From: a virus
Strand: one strand, 5' to 3'
Virus record (IMG/VR): IMGVR_UViG_3300001683_000016
Location: 51,555-115,554 of that record
DNA: 64,000 bases
Shown here: positions 51,901 through 57,738 of the stretch, one piece after another
Numbering within the stretch: position 1 is the stretch's first letter
Layout: each line of letters begins with the position of its first letter
Translations under genes and position numbers: made by a program
The notes under the pieces: model-generated
The model's database searches: none
What the model was told of the DNA's origin: nothing
What the model saw: the letters and a program-made list of their open reading frames with translations, nothing else

Positions 51901-53521
51901 CGGAGAAGGTAAGGGAGAAACAAGCCTATCTGTGGCCTCTCAGTACTATCTGATAGATTGGTGGGGTAATGAGCGTGGAGAGGCTGTAAGGCGTACTCCA
52001 GTACGTGGATTTGGTATTAGACCATCATGGGACTGTGGTGATGCATATGACAACGGTAGCAACACGGCACATGCACGTATTTGGAATAGTGGTAAACCTC
52101 TATTCAATCTAAAAGGTATAGCCGATTTGACTAACGGAAATATATCAGTAACTACGGGGTATACAATACCTCGATTCGGTGGTGTGTTGAATAATACTAA
52201 CAACGCTAACACGAATGAATTAGTAGATGTGTTTGCGCCTGTGCATTCACTGCGTGTAGGTGATATGGGTAATGGAAGAGGTGTAAGATATCCAACTGCA
52301 TTCAACGAAGATATACTCACAGAACTATCAACTCCTGTGCATAAGACTGGTATTGTACTGAGTCATAATACTGCCGAACCGTTGTTTGGAGATGGCCTGT
52401 TGCGCCCGCGTAACGCTGTACTGCAAGCCGATGAAGTTAAGAGAGGTATCAGTGCTAAACTAGGTATAGATGACTTTGGTTTGTTGAAATCAGAAGCAAC
52501 AGTTAGTGATAGAGTAGAAGAAATAATAGGTACTAGCGTGCATAAGGACGTTATTTCACGAAACAGCCCAAGGATTGGTTTAGACGCACAAGTAGTAGAA
52601 GGTATAGAACAAAACCACGTTGTAATTAATACCGAGGCTCACAGTTTACATACCGACAGAAATATAGGTCAACGAGTTATATTGGAAGGCGCTATGCAAA
52701 TTGAAGGTAGCCTAGCAGATGCTGATTATACATCTATTGGATTTAATAGACAAGGCGCTGGCTCTGCTGTTTCTGCTGTACATAGATATTCACATACTAA
52801 TGTGTTTAGACCATATGGTGGCTCATACATAATTGAAACAAAGAGTTATGCTGGTTTATTCAATGACTTAGGTTGGGGCGTAGCCTCATTAACTGGTAGT
52901 AATGATACTAGTAATCCTTACCAAGACGTTAACCAATATAACACAGATACTGTTAGAAATAATGAAGAAGATAATATTGTAAAGTTCATGATTAGACCTG
53001 TAAGAGTCTTAGACGCTAAACATACTGAAGTATATCGTATACACAATTCACTACATAGTAATTCGCCGCAATATGTTCAAAATTACCTACATGCGACTTC
53101 GGGAGGTAAGTATGGTATATTTACATATGAGACGGAAAATGGTAGAGCGCCAACAGCAAACCTCACGACAGGTAGAAGTATACCTGATGGTAATGGACCA
53201 TACCTACCTATCTTCGTATTTGACCACACAAGCGCATTTACAACCCCTCTAAGTTATGGTCCAAAATTACTTGGTACAGGTGTAACTGGATTTGATAGTA
53301 CTAGTCTAAAATCTAGCGTATCGAGGGTCATTATAAGCGAAAACACGCTACAACACCATCGTTCCGATGCACCTAGAAGAAGGCAAGAGAAAGATACAGA
53401 TGATGAACTAAAAAGGAGTGATTACAGCATAAAACCAAGATTTAGTCAATCTTTACATAATAAAGGTCACAAAGGTGATGTTGATTTTAACGTTACAGAC
53501 CATAGCGGAGATGGCGCATAA
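36971..53521 (+). CDS. Giant (5516 aa) tail/baseplate adhesin-like protein with N-terminal LamG/ConA-like domain
   Basis: TIEAWVMPD, HVVAAV..IDLYINGELV, YIGGKGGQFRGTLEGIHL, LLYRFEE; uninterrupted 16.5-kb frame. Confidence 0.8.
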   Translation: MTVISRKTHGFFFNGITDSIIVPEGDFSELGHRTTRGTDDVRVILSENAPSSTRDNSATSGIDNQFLTIEAWVMPDCGGTIIEKEGQYKLSLGHVDTPGPASFEVYMEGEGGEESYFLTTATLETDRYEGTVYPHIKYQGLQDSYNRFVGSRDDATELNKNHRPLIHVVAAVKSDTIDLYINGELVVRESIKNRGLMLKTSTKQTYIGGKGGQFRGTLEGIHLNSSFKTSMINGNTPLADDDTLLLYRFEEPIAPIETVYTFSSIANNSTQIDGQSVAISQISMSTTDAIDLAKKLTGLSSVSGNYVFSKDSSGVHNYSSGDYKVLDSLSGTLVEHSVSHTPYNLLINPDGINPDTKAPNNKPPERVRLHNINVGTGNMLVSSIHLDFATSVNGLRSALHTRTSGVDNHFVVVSADMLLESSTGNPYQPPHYSSQIIDRTGQMVLDESVFGNHGFVYSSAIATTTSDTNNPFAVAWPTSISEDFQIGHSGRHIKNHVEGHAFLRMLPKAIDEIIDQEADGGPYADIIDVIYNNMHRGIDKQVSVNSLVDVYRDFNEIVIDNVVNTSTVTVAYNSYNGTSSPPAGKRKLIAIGGPNFNYTSFALKGPIPQFNIYDEDNDETHHDSNIRDYHVTPSKESRVAILHVPRLADLTPSLSPFVEIHYNAIDLTGASMSGTVQPLLMVEKTVPSSDTLVSGSEYVYDSIIHAIGSGMTLHAPGGYIDVNRSDVGIESPIVQEHGLVGDTSEGYSADTEVDESLTPANYTPRNNADSIQNGTPQAIIESVSATGVHESSFNKLYLNKINQIKTLTDKGNYSRIAPDVVLDSGSAGQFDTGTVSSSSPIHETFDIIDNHILAGRDNADFRIFIQPTDRRRSMQLANVNLSTTFNSATILYLMSRAKVRSIEESEGDEGGYTTLSCIGVGDSLVSRSIDFTGKGSPDSHIVKEIEPNAPVVTVTLGGPGQGAMDTRPVFQRSILAHEAYSTRRSYAVTATKLTVNWTSGACVLTVNALNNESEDIASWGTYGFPKYGRIYLPDGSSAKYASKTGNTFTFTAANVGSGDFLSSDNSEYDNVAKLLNSLGHMVGATNGTSVVINGNFTVYNEGNFGEESDLENGSTINDRMHQSMNDVSHDYQLGTQYASTRAVAEIPFFSKQFFAPSVGPDNAFKIHIDATHTAHTYNPSPVGRRFIDTEPTDREANSAYSMALQNREYLDSTFVTKWTVNSTTKRLYVNNISIFPPSSISTATYQNVTTSYRYRKINLANGEWAWYTNTDPIGDEYLSISTTEYGHSENFFESLEVGMYVFITSASIDRNLLSISSDGFTPSSDYEDRDEYYHDSASVKTQGGNVDYGLRQYVSAVEFKAGPESNPHAARIESKRASVTPLTVSSAISLTGDDKAIILTFSEDDFAKLPYLNYDTLAEASSSLGDLRYDMQYTLESGAVHSYQYHGNIKTLTGASVTINPPNSITLVYHTYTKLGTSYPSANDLVGKKLTLARRSREVFGDVITETLSEGSLAYAEVKSNLMVDENIAITAYSLTARALIEITNEAGKNVNNLHGINVKKGDSVYYFINSGTDTVRRIGTVTSVTQALNTNKQTINLSGNTNDVPANAKLAVWVGNYEDKDAVLNATWLNPYAQGGLRNGDTVWANMSYNNPHAVEGLFAKSRGVLNESQVWNAFNGGTGELDTTNPRDSIPLENFLIGNTCLETARNYVQHVNRTVEENYLALGLTSAQAPVVAYIDPYLSTDEHARVLLYNVAHDKEFIAFQDIHMQVQTSSQATQIGWPKEVVESGGTSRTELHKVNAVYNGAGPSPWTTQIDVTNGFLSQNPYIRSTQQSKYIESAYAHDLANKHTSDLIDSSTIASLTTALPTDGRRIEGARLYGKAHGHYVHTGYSYGGTYDGLSTGYSLTPRTNDSVALYKIANTLHDFTRIPKDDRFSYVNALINLRNGTTDCSLRDPSTFFDTPDGTRVIPAFLCLKGIRNTTLDLSSHGESRLQHLPQWKDMDFIRRLTIDLGVVAQKDGVVNTLAGAEEVVRLVNQHAALTARVQTGSAHDPSPFWDTDNGDRGTHMGYIRAHIGREVQDLNGDVGYTVVLHSTVPGASGRNFCAWLDNSNGQSLYEPQFLVGHGGRWRNFWALPDEREGENMHPAPMPLNKHGRPFAPITTLQQYVTSVESGEDVESVAEFKDSSTMRAVSDSISGKSHNSINTESLDIKGSSSSLVRGLRTGTSPTSRVNFGGLVASGVPGFAPNAGIWGFGVNGESRLNNRYGSSSTSSYSLHVPTTQSSQDVVGNADIYGMKLKNNLGEESTIRYIYRTMGDSFSNRNTSLPDTIEQDVCVFFDDRDISQGGFTIGSAMQGSGDATGRMSFSAVSQVLGSWRGARWRGVNSPNAATLVTAALSSGALAITFVTPFNASFTDDKLGYLGFPKENGLIQISDYDGAGDANVGLTLSYTSRSTTTFYGVTGAASLTNTSYLISSILNQTTLVTDELIAAVTAAAINASDEINTLDGHTFDCRDMYATDGRTFGDWGISKNAIKIRAYNIDKKIKPLNLSYNASVFRDLGIQAAHLEFGEVEKVTRPTGTADWAFGTSRAVIDTIIDASRSIDCGYIPYNILQIRTVAKGSNGNTATPNIVDSRNAPVDINKWSRGLKGLEYTRFSGDHILPCINNPHSVYSTAWTSITQLEVDNNNGYSEGYTGAIAIDSGNSNQLTIGDLIADTTGRILGSVTATNTTTSFSIDSLRVGISDNLIINKRMGIADVATNWQSSVTLAANMFHFLIPACTDTTSSRIPSFGERKRIYLTDKKSIVVESKVGSTAATELSWDIDISENMPREITFHGNILSTHMNPEFNGLRSIGSVFSEPIVYFRGGKSSKDHSVPLFFGGGFSGVTLDVNDGTNNDYSTFYTHPYSTGPTGVTGLQNANEISTSYAMLDGNAMFAFFPGAALCNQHRGSITPPAFNQQNILAPDLSKGGVTYGTGEIKAKPVPLVLRFAHPTARYEDHADGTDSKTTYLIFGPGQAFPFTQEVADADSGNAANTKEPFPGRVIVSGNTWASIPLDESIANSRHVFPNHIANEKYNFMPPSKVYYDATAGFHWRAMVNWESPAGYCWKGKFSQRPEHGRHYGQQFNDNTPHDVTGTSQIGYDLTHIHPKMHTPTIGFGITMAADTVWHMDGGFHPGGSWLDNQLTFNPPHAGKSAARVLSSNWERANQIHPTAFRTSGVLTGRILDYIGNGSEAVATADAKMEYIVVDGTRCQNGEELSTVLGAAINAFPGAGALKSLGGTHMPSMGNAMRQDRYGWIPLAGTSNYVSNSATGNYIDSPSSSSQTTLEQLPTSGWIRLHQGTNTRFACYHSREVLADSSNWKVRFYLAPNRLNGLNKLEAPETWEVLKDGTGSFSEAISSSYTLYVWSKAGTMRFNNENVSARDHMTQVHFSGIVDAVDRTKPIGAVGWHGERYSYLNSLKITKNTSGTGYAAGLGAYHEMLNFSPYGTAGTVMNVHSNIPVVAPMQGSPESTPTIDGIGDYLGTHLIKSGFYSKLDLTSGSGSGWDTYTYNFNDTDEAGNDNQWVAPTNYTTTLPKELTTPQGLYSSAFLVVSYECESSLIAKFDRDAITANGDWLQVIGQGSNPITYAGTTQWDERFHGQDRFIAPANAGPNVEALIVEGTTVPVGDGGGNWADTTFSGGSGTYFHSATPTDLLLKNATPGLNKTGDLLFDLDHSVGSALLHTDDAERNTSADKYAAAHSSGFPVNYWMGDVNALQMYQDSAAKNFSVENIVWKRMDGGNLSMPAINARGLGAVPWMTRVKSNTAYQTGEKIYGNVRFSFETTNSAMLPILQAQELAHPELMRKHPYKIGNVLNIPNEEIQFQSITVRDETGQVHKIEGGSPLGTIIRGFRVPENRGVKGNAPALANSGKIPNLKVQLPDPNSIPGNIVVRSGFDPIQAYQHETIGSGGMMHPDMSESDIGHLFDNSVAGPRQAPTYENHNWERINPVSYDSELGAWNDNSPLQTSYELHDRTLFFHVTKMGHSHTHRYPTVYTHAGGVETDVVSVTAWDSSTNVLTVDATLDPQVFDAGFGTKEDTRKFLRVYNPTTDEGAVCTYAGQDSNNDGVPDNATITVVGDVNFATFMTGQTVTNLKVVPSYYIPAGSNRFFAARRLSDHAEVSGNSPDMANTLYYVSGQTVGYDAYSKPVLTPMPFPRMGHHFVTPTMPMLPGHWAHPAYQSLYRRHLIDYQMTNGFVDSGLISDNITSTNKKAAVVTSIGTGGITENIHAMDAEINFSGINAAPSGPSDIHGGAFTLMFESGVKYDGYGVLASSDGTSTTLAATVNKAGGHSVVLEAASEYTQGRHFPDPAEVGAYQIIIQPNVFDNQLIGYHNNSGAALTSQQINTVIGIKMDSNGNVDGAKGGMTLVLAKATQADVRGCEVFINEAILDISNDQGSQFTNIPPLMLYNHVGIQLTESPAFTRKGFPYSTMFSDATPAHTLHIPWWSILHKNAIKHNGSAISEATGYRKLSQYSPEDYYMFMRSTLGSVGSQLTINGYTSLYFDIYDKYNKSISLNPKCTVVSYSTGGTIVVDDANTFPMYPYYTQQVQYTGKNGTIYSKELTSVSGDTAATINIPKTLTLGAKSGADGFWDNIYDDAILTLTHSYNTLPAGELLTNKRKSVFANILPDIIQGNQDTYSNHVPDAFLCMWHPNLGRPNTYFSDNTSRSWKGNAVNKVAYNSLPEHFETIHYHDFTHAISTGPFDFLIKRPNIDKSGSVISNSSTHDAGGTNLMLSGFWPCGSRGGPHASKLDLYGMTSTSWNVHNTSTSANFASDSNLEWVDSDDDGTYAVSAGITTASMNQYRRRPYGHRNAVRQAYNRPRYDINSVRAVYEADASSAAGTNTLNYDAGPLVQTEAYSSSWAYGGGSSLSAASKPITYVGIMERQTNFTGMLNQDQEGWQVRYSDGRRMSRPFGTPVRTIRNPTRVERDWWGDGEGKGETSLSVASQYYLIDWWGNERGEAVRRTPVRGFGIRPSWDCGDAYDNGSNTAHARIWNSGKPLFNLKGIADLTNGNISVTTGYTIPRFGGVLNNTNNANTNELVDVFAPVHSLRVGDMGNGRGVRYPTAFNEDILTELSTPVHKTGIVLSHNTAEPLFGDGLLRPRNAVLQADEVKRGISAKLGIDDFGLLKSEATVSDRVEEIIGTSVHKDVISRNSPRIGLDAQVVEGIEQNHVVINTEAHSLHTDRNIGQRVILEGAMQIEGSLADADYTSIGFNRQGAGSAVSAVHRYSHTNVFRPYGGSYIIETKSYAGLFNDLGWGVASLTGSNDTSNPYQDVNQYNTDTVRNNEEDNIVKFMIRPVRVLDAKHTEVYRIHNSLHSNSPQYVQNYLHATSGGKYGIFTYETENGRAPTANLTTGRSIPDGNGPYLPIFVFDHTSAFTTPLSYGPKLLGTGVTGFDSTSLKSSVSRVIISENTLQHHRSDAPRRRQEKDTDDELKRSDYSIKPRFSQSLHNKGHKGDVDFNVTDHSGDGA

Positions 53522-54933
53522 TGGGACTTATTCAATCATCAAAAGGTCGATTCGATAGTACTTTGACTAATGTAATGAACGATATTAGACAACCTGTGTT
53601 CATAGACAACGCAGTACATTATGCTAAGATAGAGCCTAGAAGTGCAGGTAAGACTAGAGTTACTATCGAAGCGGTAAACGCTGATAATTACGATTTAGCG
53701 ACAGAACGTACATATTCTTTAGTTGAATCTGAATCTAGTATTATCATTACGCATACTGAAACTGACGGTCATTCGCTGAAAAGCGATGTATGGTCTAGTA
53801 AAGGTAAAAATACAGTTACAGATTTGTTGTACAGTGAAGATAATCCCGTAGATAGAATTATGAGAAGTACTATGACATCAACTGATAATGGATTGCAGAT
53901 TGATTTACGAAATATGAAAACCCGCACTCTCAAAGAAATAGGCTTTGATGACGACATCATACATTTAGGACAAAATATGGACATAGGCTTCAGAACTACC
54001 GATTTAGCAATTAATTTATCTCAAAGTGTACCTAACGCTATTACCGCTGTAACATTAGGCTCATCTAGAACAGTAACTAAAATGAGCGATAATAGACGTA
54101 AAAACAGTAACGTGTTTTTAGCAGCAGATTTCTATGGTGTTAATCTAATTACCGCTTTACGATTTGTTACTAGACATGATAATCGAGTAACTATAATGAA
54201 TAAACACGGAGTCTTAAACTATGTACCGTTTAACTTTGCAGATGTGAGTAGAAAAATAGATGGAAATATTCGTTTCGGTTCTAAAGATTCTAGTCCGATG
54301 GACAATATAGAAAATCGTATAACCGTTCAAGGTCAACAAATAGCATTAAATGAAAACTTGATTCTTACAATGGATGATAGAAGTAAACAGCAGAATAAAT
54401 ACAGTTCTGATATACTGGAAAACTCAATACCTATTTTTGATGCATCTATCACTAGTACATCTCGTGCAAAAACAGTGGCGCGTCAAATTCTAAAAGCAAA
54501 TGCATCTGTATCGGGTTCGCTAAGGTCTGACGGACATCCTAACTTATGGGATGTTAGACCGGGCGATATCATAGAATATGATGGTAATAGATTAACTATA
54601 CTAAAAGCGCAACATAGATTATCTAACGCTTTGAGTAATTTCACCTTCTTAAGTACAAATTCAGGTCTTGAAGGTGTTTTACAAGGAATAAAACAAGGTA
54701 GTATTACTGAAACATCTAAGAGAAGGCCGGACAAAACAAATCAGATACATACTGAGAATTTTTCATTCTTCGATAATATAGAAATAATTGTCACACCCAC
54801 AATCACAATTACTGAATTATCACACGCGGGCTTCCTTATTGGCCGAAATAGCGAAAGGGGAGTGCTCGGTGGGAACAACGAGACTATCGGACTCATCGAA
54901 AAAGAAACCATAATAATAGAGGGGGAATCATAA
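53521..54933 (+). CDS. Putative baseplate hub/tail tip protein
   Basis: NRITVQG, ARQILKAN and WDVRPGDIIEY motifs; TAATG coupling. Confidence 0.55.
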   Translation: MGLIQSSKGRFDSTLTNVMNDIRQPVFIDNAVHYAKIEPRSAGKTRVTIEAVNADNYDLATERTYSLVESESSIIITHTETDGHSLKSDVWSSKGKNTVTDLLYSEDNPVDRIMRSTMTSTDNGLQIDLRNMKTRTLKEIGFDDDIIHLGQNMDIGFRTTDLAINLSQSVPNAITAVTLGSSRTVTKMSDNRRKNSNVFLAADFYGVNLITALRFVTRHDNRVTIMNKHGVLNYVPFNFADVSRKIDGNIRFGSKDSSPMDNIENRITVQGQQIALNENLILTMDDRSKQQNKYSSDILENSIPIFDASITSTSRAKTVARQILKANASVSGSLRSDGHPNLWDVRPGDIIEYDGNRLTILKAQHRLSNALSNFTFLSTNSGLEGVLQGIKQGSITETSKRRPDKTNQIHTENFSFFDNIEIIVTPTITITELSHAGFLIGRNSERGVLGGNNETIGLIEKETIIIEGES

Positions 54934-55277
54934 TGCCAGCAAACGACCATTTGAAGCGATTGATGATAGAAACAATAGCCGATAACATCAATGAAATGGT
55001 TATCGGATTTGATAGTACGCCTGCTACTAGTAGTGACGGAAGTGCAGGTAGACCAGCGATAACAATAATACCTACTGTACGTATTATGGATAATTCAACT
55101 CTTTTAGTAGAGGGTAGTTTAACAACAGCAGACACATTCGACGAAACACTCAAAGAAGTATTCGTGCAATTAAGGGGTACAAGCGGATTCACCCCGATTA
55201 CAAGACATGTTTTCAATCCGATAAAGAAAACATCAACAAACGAAGTAGTAATCCAATTAATGATAGAGGTAAAGTGA
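54933..55277 (+). CDS. Small baseplate/fibre-attachment protein
   Basis: 114 aa; LKEVFV...RHVFNPIKKT pattern. Confidence 0.5.
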   Translation: MPANDHLKRLMIETIADNINEMVIGFDSTPATSSDGSAGRPAITIIPTVRIMDNSTLLVEGSLTTADTFDETLKEVFVQLRGTSGFTPITRHVFNPIKKTSTNEVVIQLMIEVK

Positions 55278-55281
55278 TATT

Positions 55282-57723
55282 ATGGTAGAAAACGTCATTT
55301 CAGGACATACAAGTACATTGACAGATGGGGATTATATTCTCTCTCCATCTTTAACGAATATATTTGAAGGTATACATGGTAATGGAATCTTGATGTATGA
55401 AGATACAGCGGCAGGTGACAGTAATAGAAATGCGAAGATAACCACACCGGGATATGTATCGGACAATGGAACTAACTCAATTATAGTAAGAGGCGGTTAT
55501 TCTGTATTAGATGGATTAATCATACCTTTTGGTAACATAGCGGCAGGTGCTACACAAACTATAACATTACAACAAAGTACTATCGAAGGTAGCACATCCG
55601 CATTAACTACCGGCCAATCTTGTTTGTTAGTTGTTTATGCTTGTAGTGACACAGAATCCCCAAGATATGGTATCCACATTGAACAGGGCACCGCAGTACC
55701 CACAGGATTTCCTGTAACACCTGAAAATTTCCTGAGTGATACAAGTGGTCTTACAGGAACTAATCTAGCCTCTAAGCAAAGCACAGTCCTCGCAGTTGTA
55801 AAATGTATTTTTAACGCAGGTGCAGGGGATTTAGATATGGAAGTGGATACTGTATATGACGTACGTACATTCGTAAAACCTAGCCCTATTTACCTTAGTC
55901 CTATGACTACAGGCGTTGTTGGTAACCAAAGCAACAGAGTTGATTCAGCAGCAGACCTAGATGGTATGCATGGCGGTGGAGATGAGGTAGGGGGACTATC
56001 ATCTTCCAACTTCGGCGCTATATGGCAATCATACAGTTATGGTACCGATGGCACAGATGGAGACCACGTGCTGTACTTTAGCGGTAAACAAGGCGGCTCA
56101 AGAAGAACACATCGAATCGGTCCGAATAAAATTAGTGTATTGAATACGGCACAGAACGTTAGATTCGACGGGCCGAATATATTTAACGCAACGCCAGCAA
56201 GCGGTGATATTAACATAACACCTACTGGTACCTTTCCTCCAAGTCACATGATTATAGTCAATAATGCTCAGTCTAGTACTCATAAAGTCATATTTGACCC
56301 TAGTGGACTCAGTAATGGCTCTGCTACTGTGGGAGATGTAGGTACATCTTCATCTGCTATATTTGTTTACAATGGTACTGCATGGGTCAAAGTATTCGCA
56401 ACATCATCAGCAGCGGGCGCGAGCGGTTCGGCAGGCGCTATACAAATAAGCGACGGTAGTGCATTCTCTAACGATTCAGACCTTACTTTTACAGGGGGCA
56501 ACACTCTCAACACCGTACATCTTACCATGGCTGGACTTCTCACCGATGCTAGTGGTATAGCACTCAAAGCCAGTGTGACAAGCAACCCTGCTGGTTCAGG
56601 ACCGGATGCACGAACCTTGTGGTATGACGACGGTAACAATGTACTCAAGTTCGGTGCATCAACAGTTCAATTTACTGATAGTGCTGGATTAATGGATATA
56701 AACGGATTATCTGCTGCTGTATTAGCATCAGGTGATTTCGTATCTTTTTCAGACACAAATGCTTCTAATGTTACTAAAAAAGAATCAATAGACGATGTTG
56801 CTACATTATTTGCAGGTACGGGTTTAACCGCATCTAGCGCTGTAATTGGAGTTGACGCTTCACAACCTACTATAACTGCAATAGGCCCAAGTGATGCGGC
56901 GCTTACAGTAGGACAGAATCTGATTGTAACAGGTAATTTAACTGTAAATGGTACTAACACAGTAATTAATTCTACAACACTACAAGTAGATGACAAACTC
57001 ATCGAATTAGCGCATTCACCTAGTGGTTCAGAAGGAGATGATGCCGCAGTAGACGGTGCGGGTATTATTGTCAAGTCTTCTGACAGTGACAAAAGCATAC
57101 TTTGGATGGATGACACAGATGGTTGGGAGTTTAACCAACACGTTTTCCCCGCATCGGATAGTGCTTTGAATATAGGCTCAGATACAATTAGATTTGCCAC
57201 AGGTTATCTCGACACACTTGTTTCCACCAACCTTACAATAGACACGAATCTATTGAAGACTGACTCTGCAAATAATCGAGTTGGTATCAACCAAGCAGCA
57301 CCCGATGCACCATTCCAAGTAGAGGAACTCGGCTTTGGTTACGGTACTGGTACTCGTACATGGAATGGAGTCGTTGGGCACGCTTCAGGCGCATCAGTAA
57401 TAACAATTAATCTGTTTAAGAGAACAGAATTTAAGGCCGCTAAACTACTTGTCTCGGTTGAAAATACTACTGATTCTACGTATGAGACATCGGAAATGGT
57501 GCTTACTCATAGCGGTACAACCAACGCCGTAGCCGATATTATAGCAGACAATGTATTTCTGTCTGTATATGGTACGGTGACAACCGTAACAGCCAAACAA
57601 GGGGTGTATCAAGGCGTTGTAACGGGAAGTGGAAATAGTCAATACATTCAATTACAAGTCACGCCTACGATAGCCAACAAGAGTGTAACGGTGCGCGTAT
57701 CGTGGCAAGCATTAACAATATAA
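55282..57723 (+). CDS. Tail fibre protein 1
   Basis: G/S/T-rich; GNLTVNGT...LQVDDKLIEL; C-terminal FKAAKLLV..E..LTH..YG domain. Confidence 0.7.
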   Translation: MVENVISGHTSTLTDGDYILSPSLTNIFEGIHGNGILMYEDTAAGDSNRNAKITTPGYVSDNGTNSIIVRGGYSVLDGLIIPFGNIAAGATQTITLQQSTIEGSTSALTTGQSCLLVVYACSDTESPRYGIHIEQGTAVPTGFPVTPENFLSDTSGLTGTNLASKQSTVLAVVKCIFNAGAGDLDMEVDTVYDVRTFVKPSPIYLSPMTTGVVGNQSNRVDSAADLDGMHGGGDEVGGLSSSNFGAIWQSYSYGTDGTDGDHVLYFSGKQGGSRRTHRIGPNKISVLNTAQNVRFDGPNIFNATPASGDINITPTGTFPPSHMIIVNNAQSSTHKVIFDPSGLSNGSATVGDVGTSSSAIFVYNGTAWVKVFATSSAAGASGSAGAIQISDGSAFSNDSDLTFTGGNTLNTVHLTMAGLLTDASGIALKASVTSNPAGSGPDARTLWYDDGNNVLKFGASTVQFTDSAGLMDINGLSAAVLASGDFVSFSDTNASNVTKKESIDDVATLFAGTGLTASSAVIGVDASQPTITAIGPSDAALTVGQNLIVTGNLTVNGTNTVINSTTLQVDDKLIELAHSPSGSEGDDAAVDGAGIIVKSSDSDKSILWMDDTDGWEFNQHVFPASDSALNIGSDTIRFATGYLDTLVSTNLTIDTNLLKTDSANNRVGINQAAPDAPFQVEELGFGYGTGTRTWNGVVGHASGASVITINLFKRTEFKAAKLLVSVENTTDSTYETSEMVLTHSGTTNAVADIIADNVFLSVYGTVTTVTAKQGVYQGVVTGSGNSQYIQLQVTPTIANKSVTVRVSWQALTI

Positions 57724-57738
57724 TATAGGTGAAATGAT

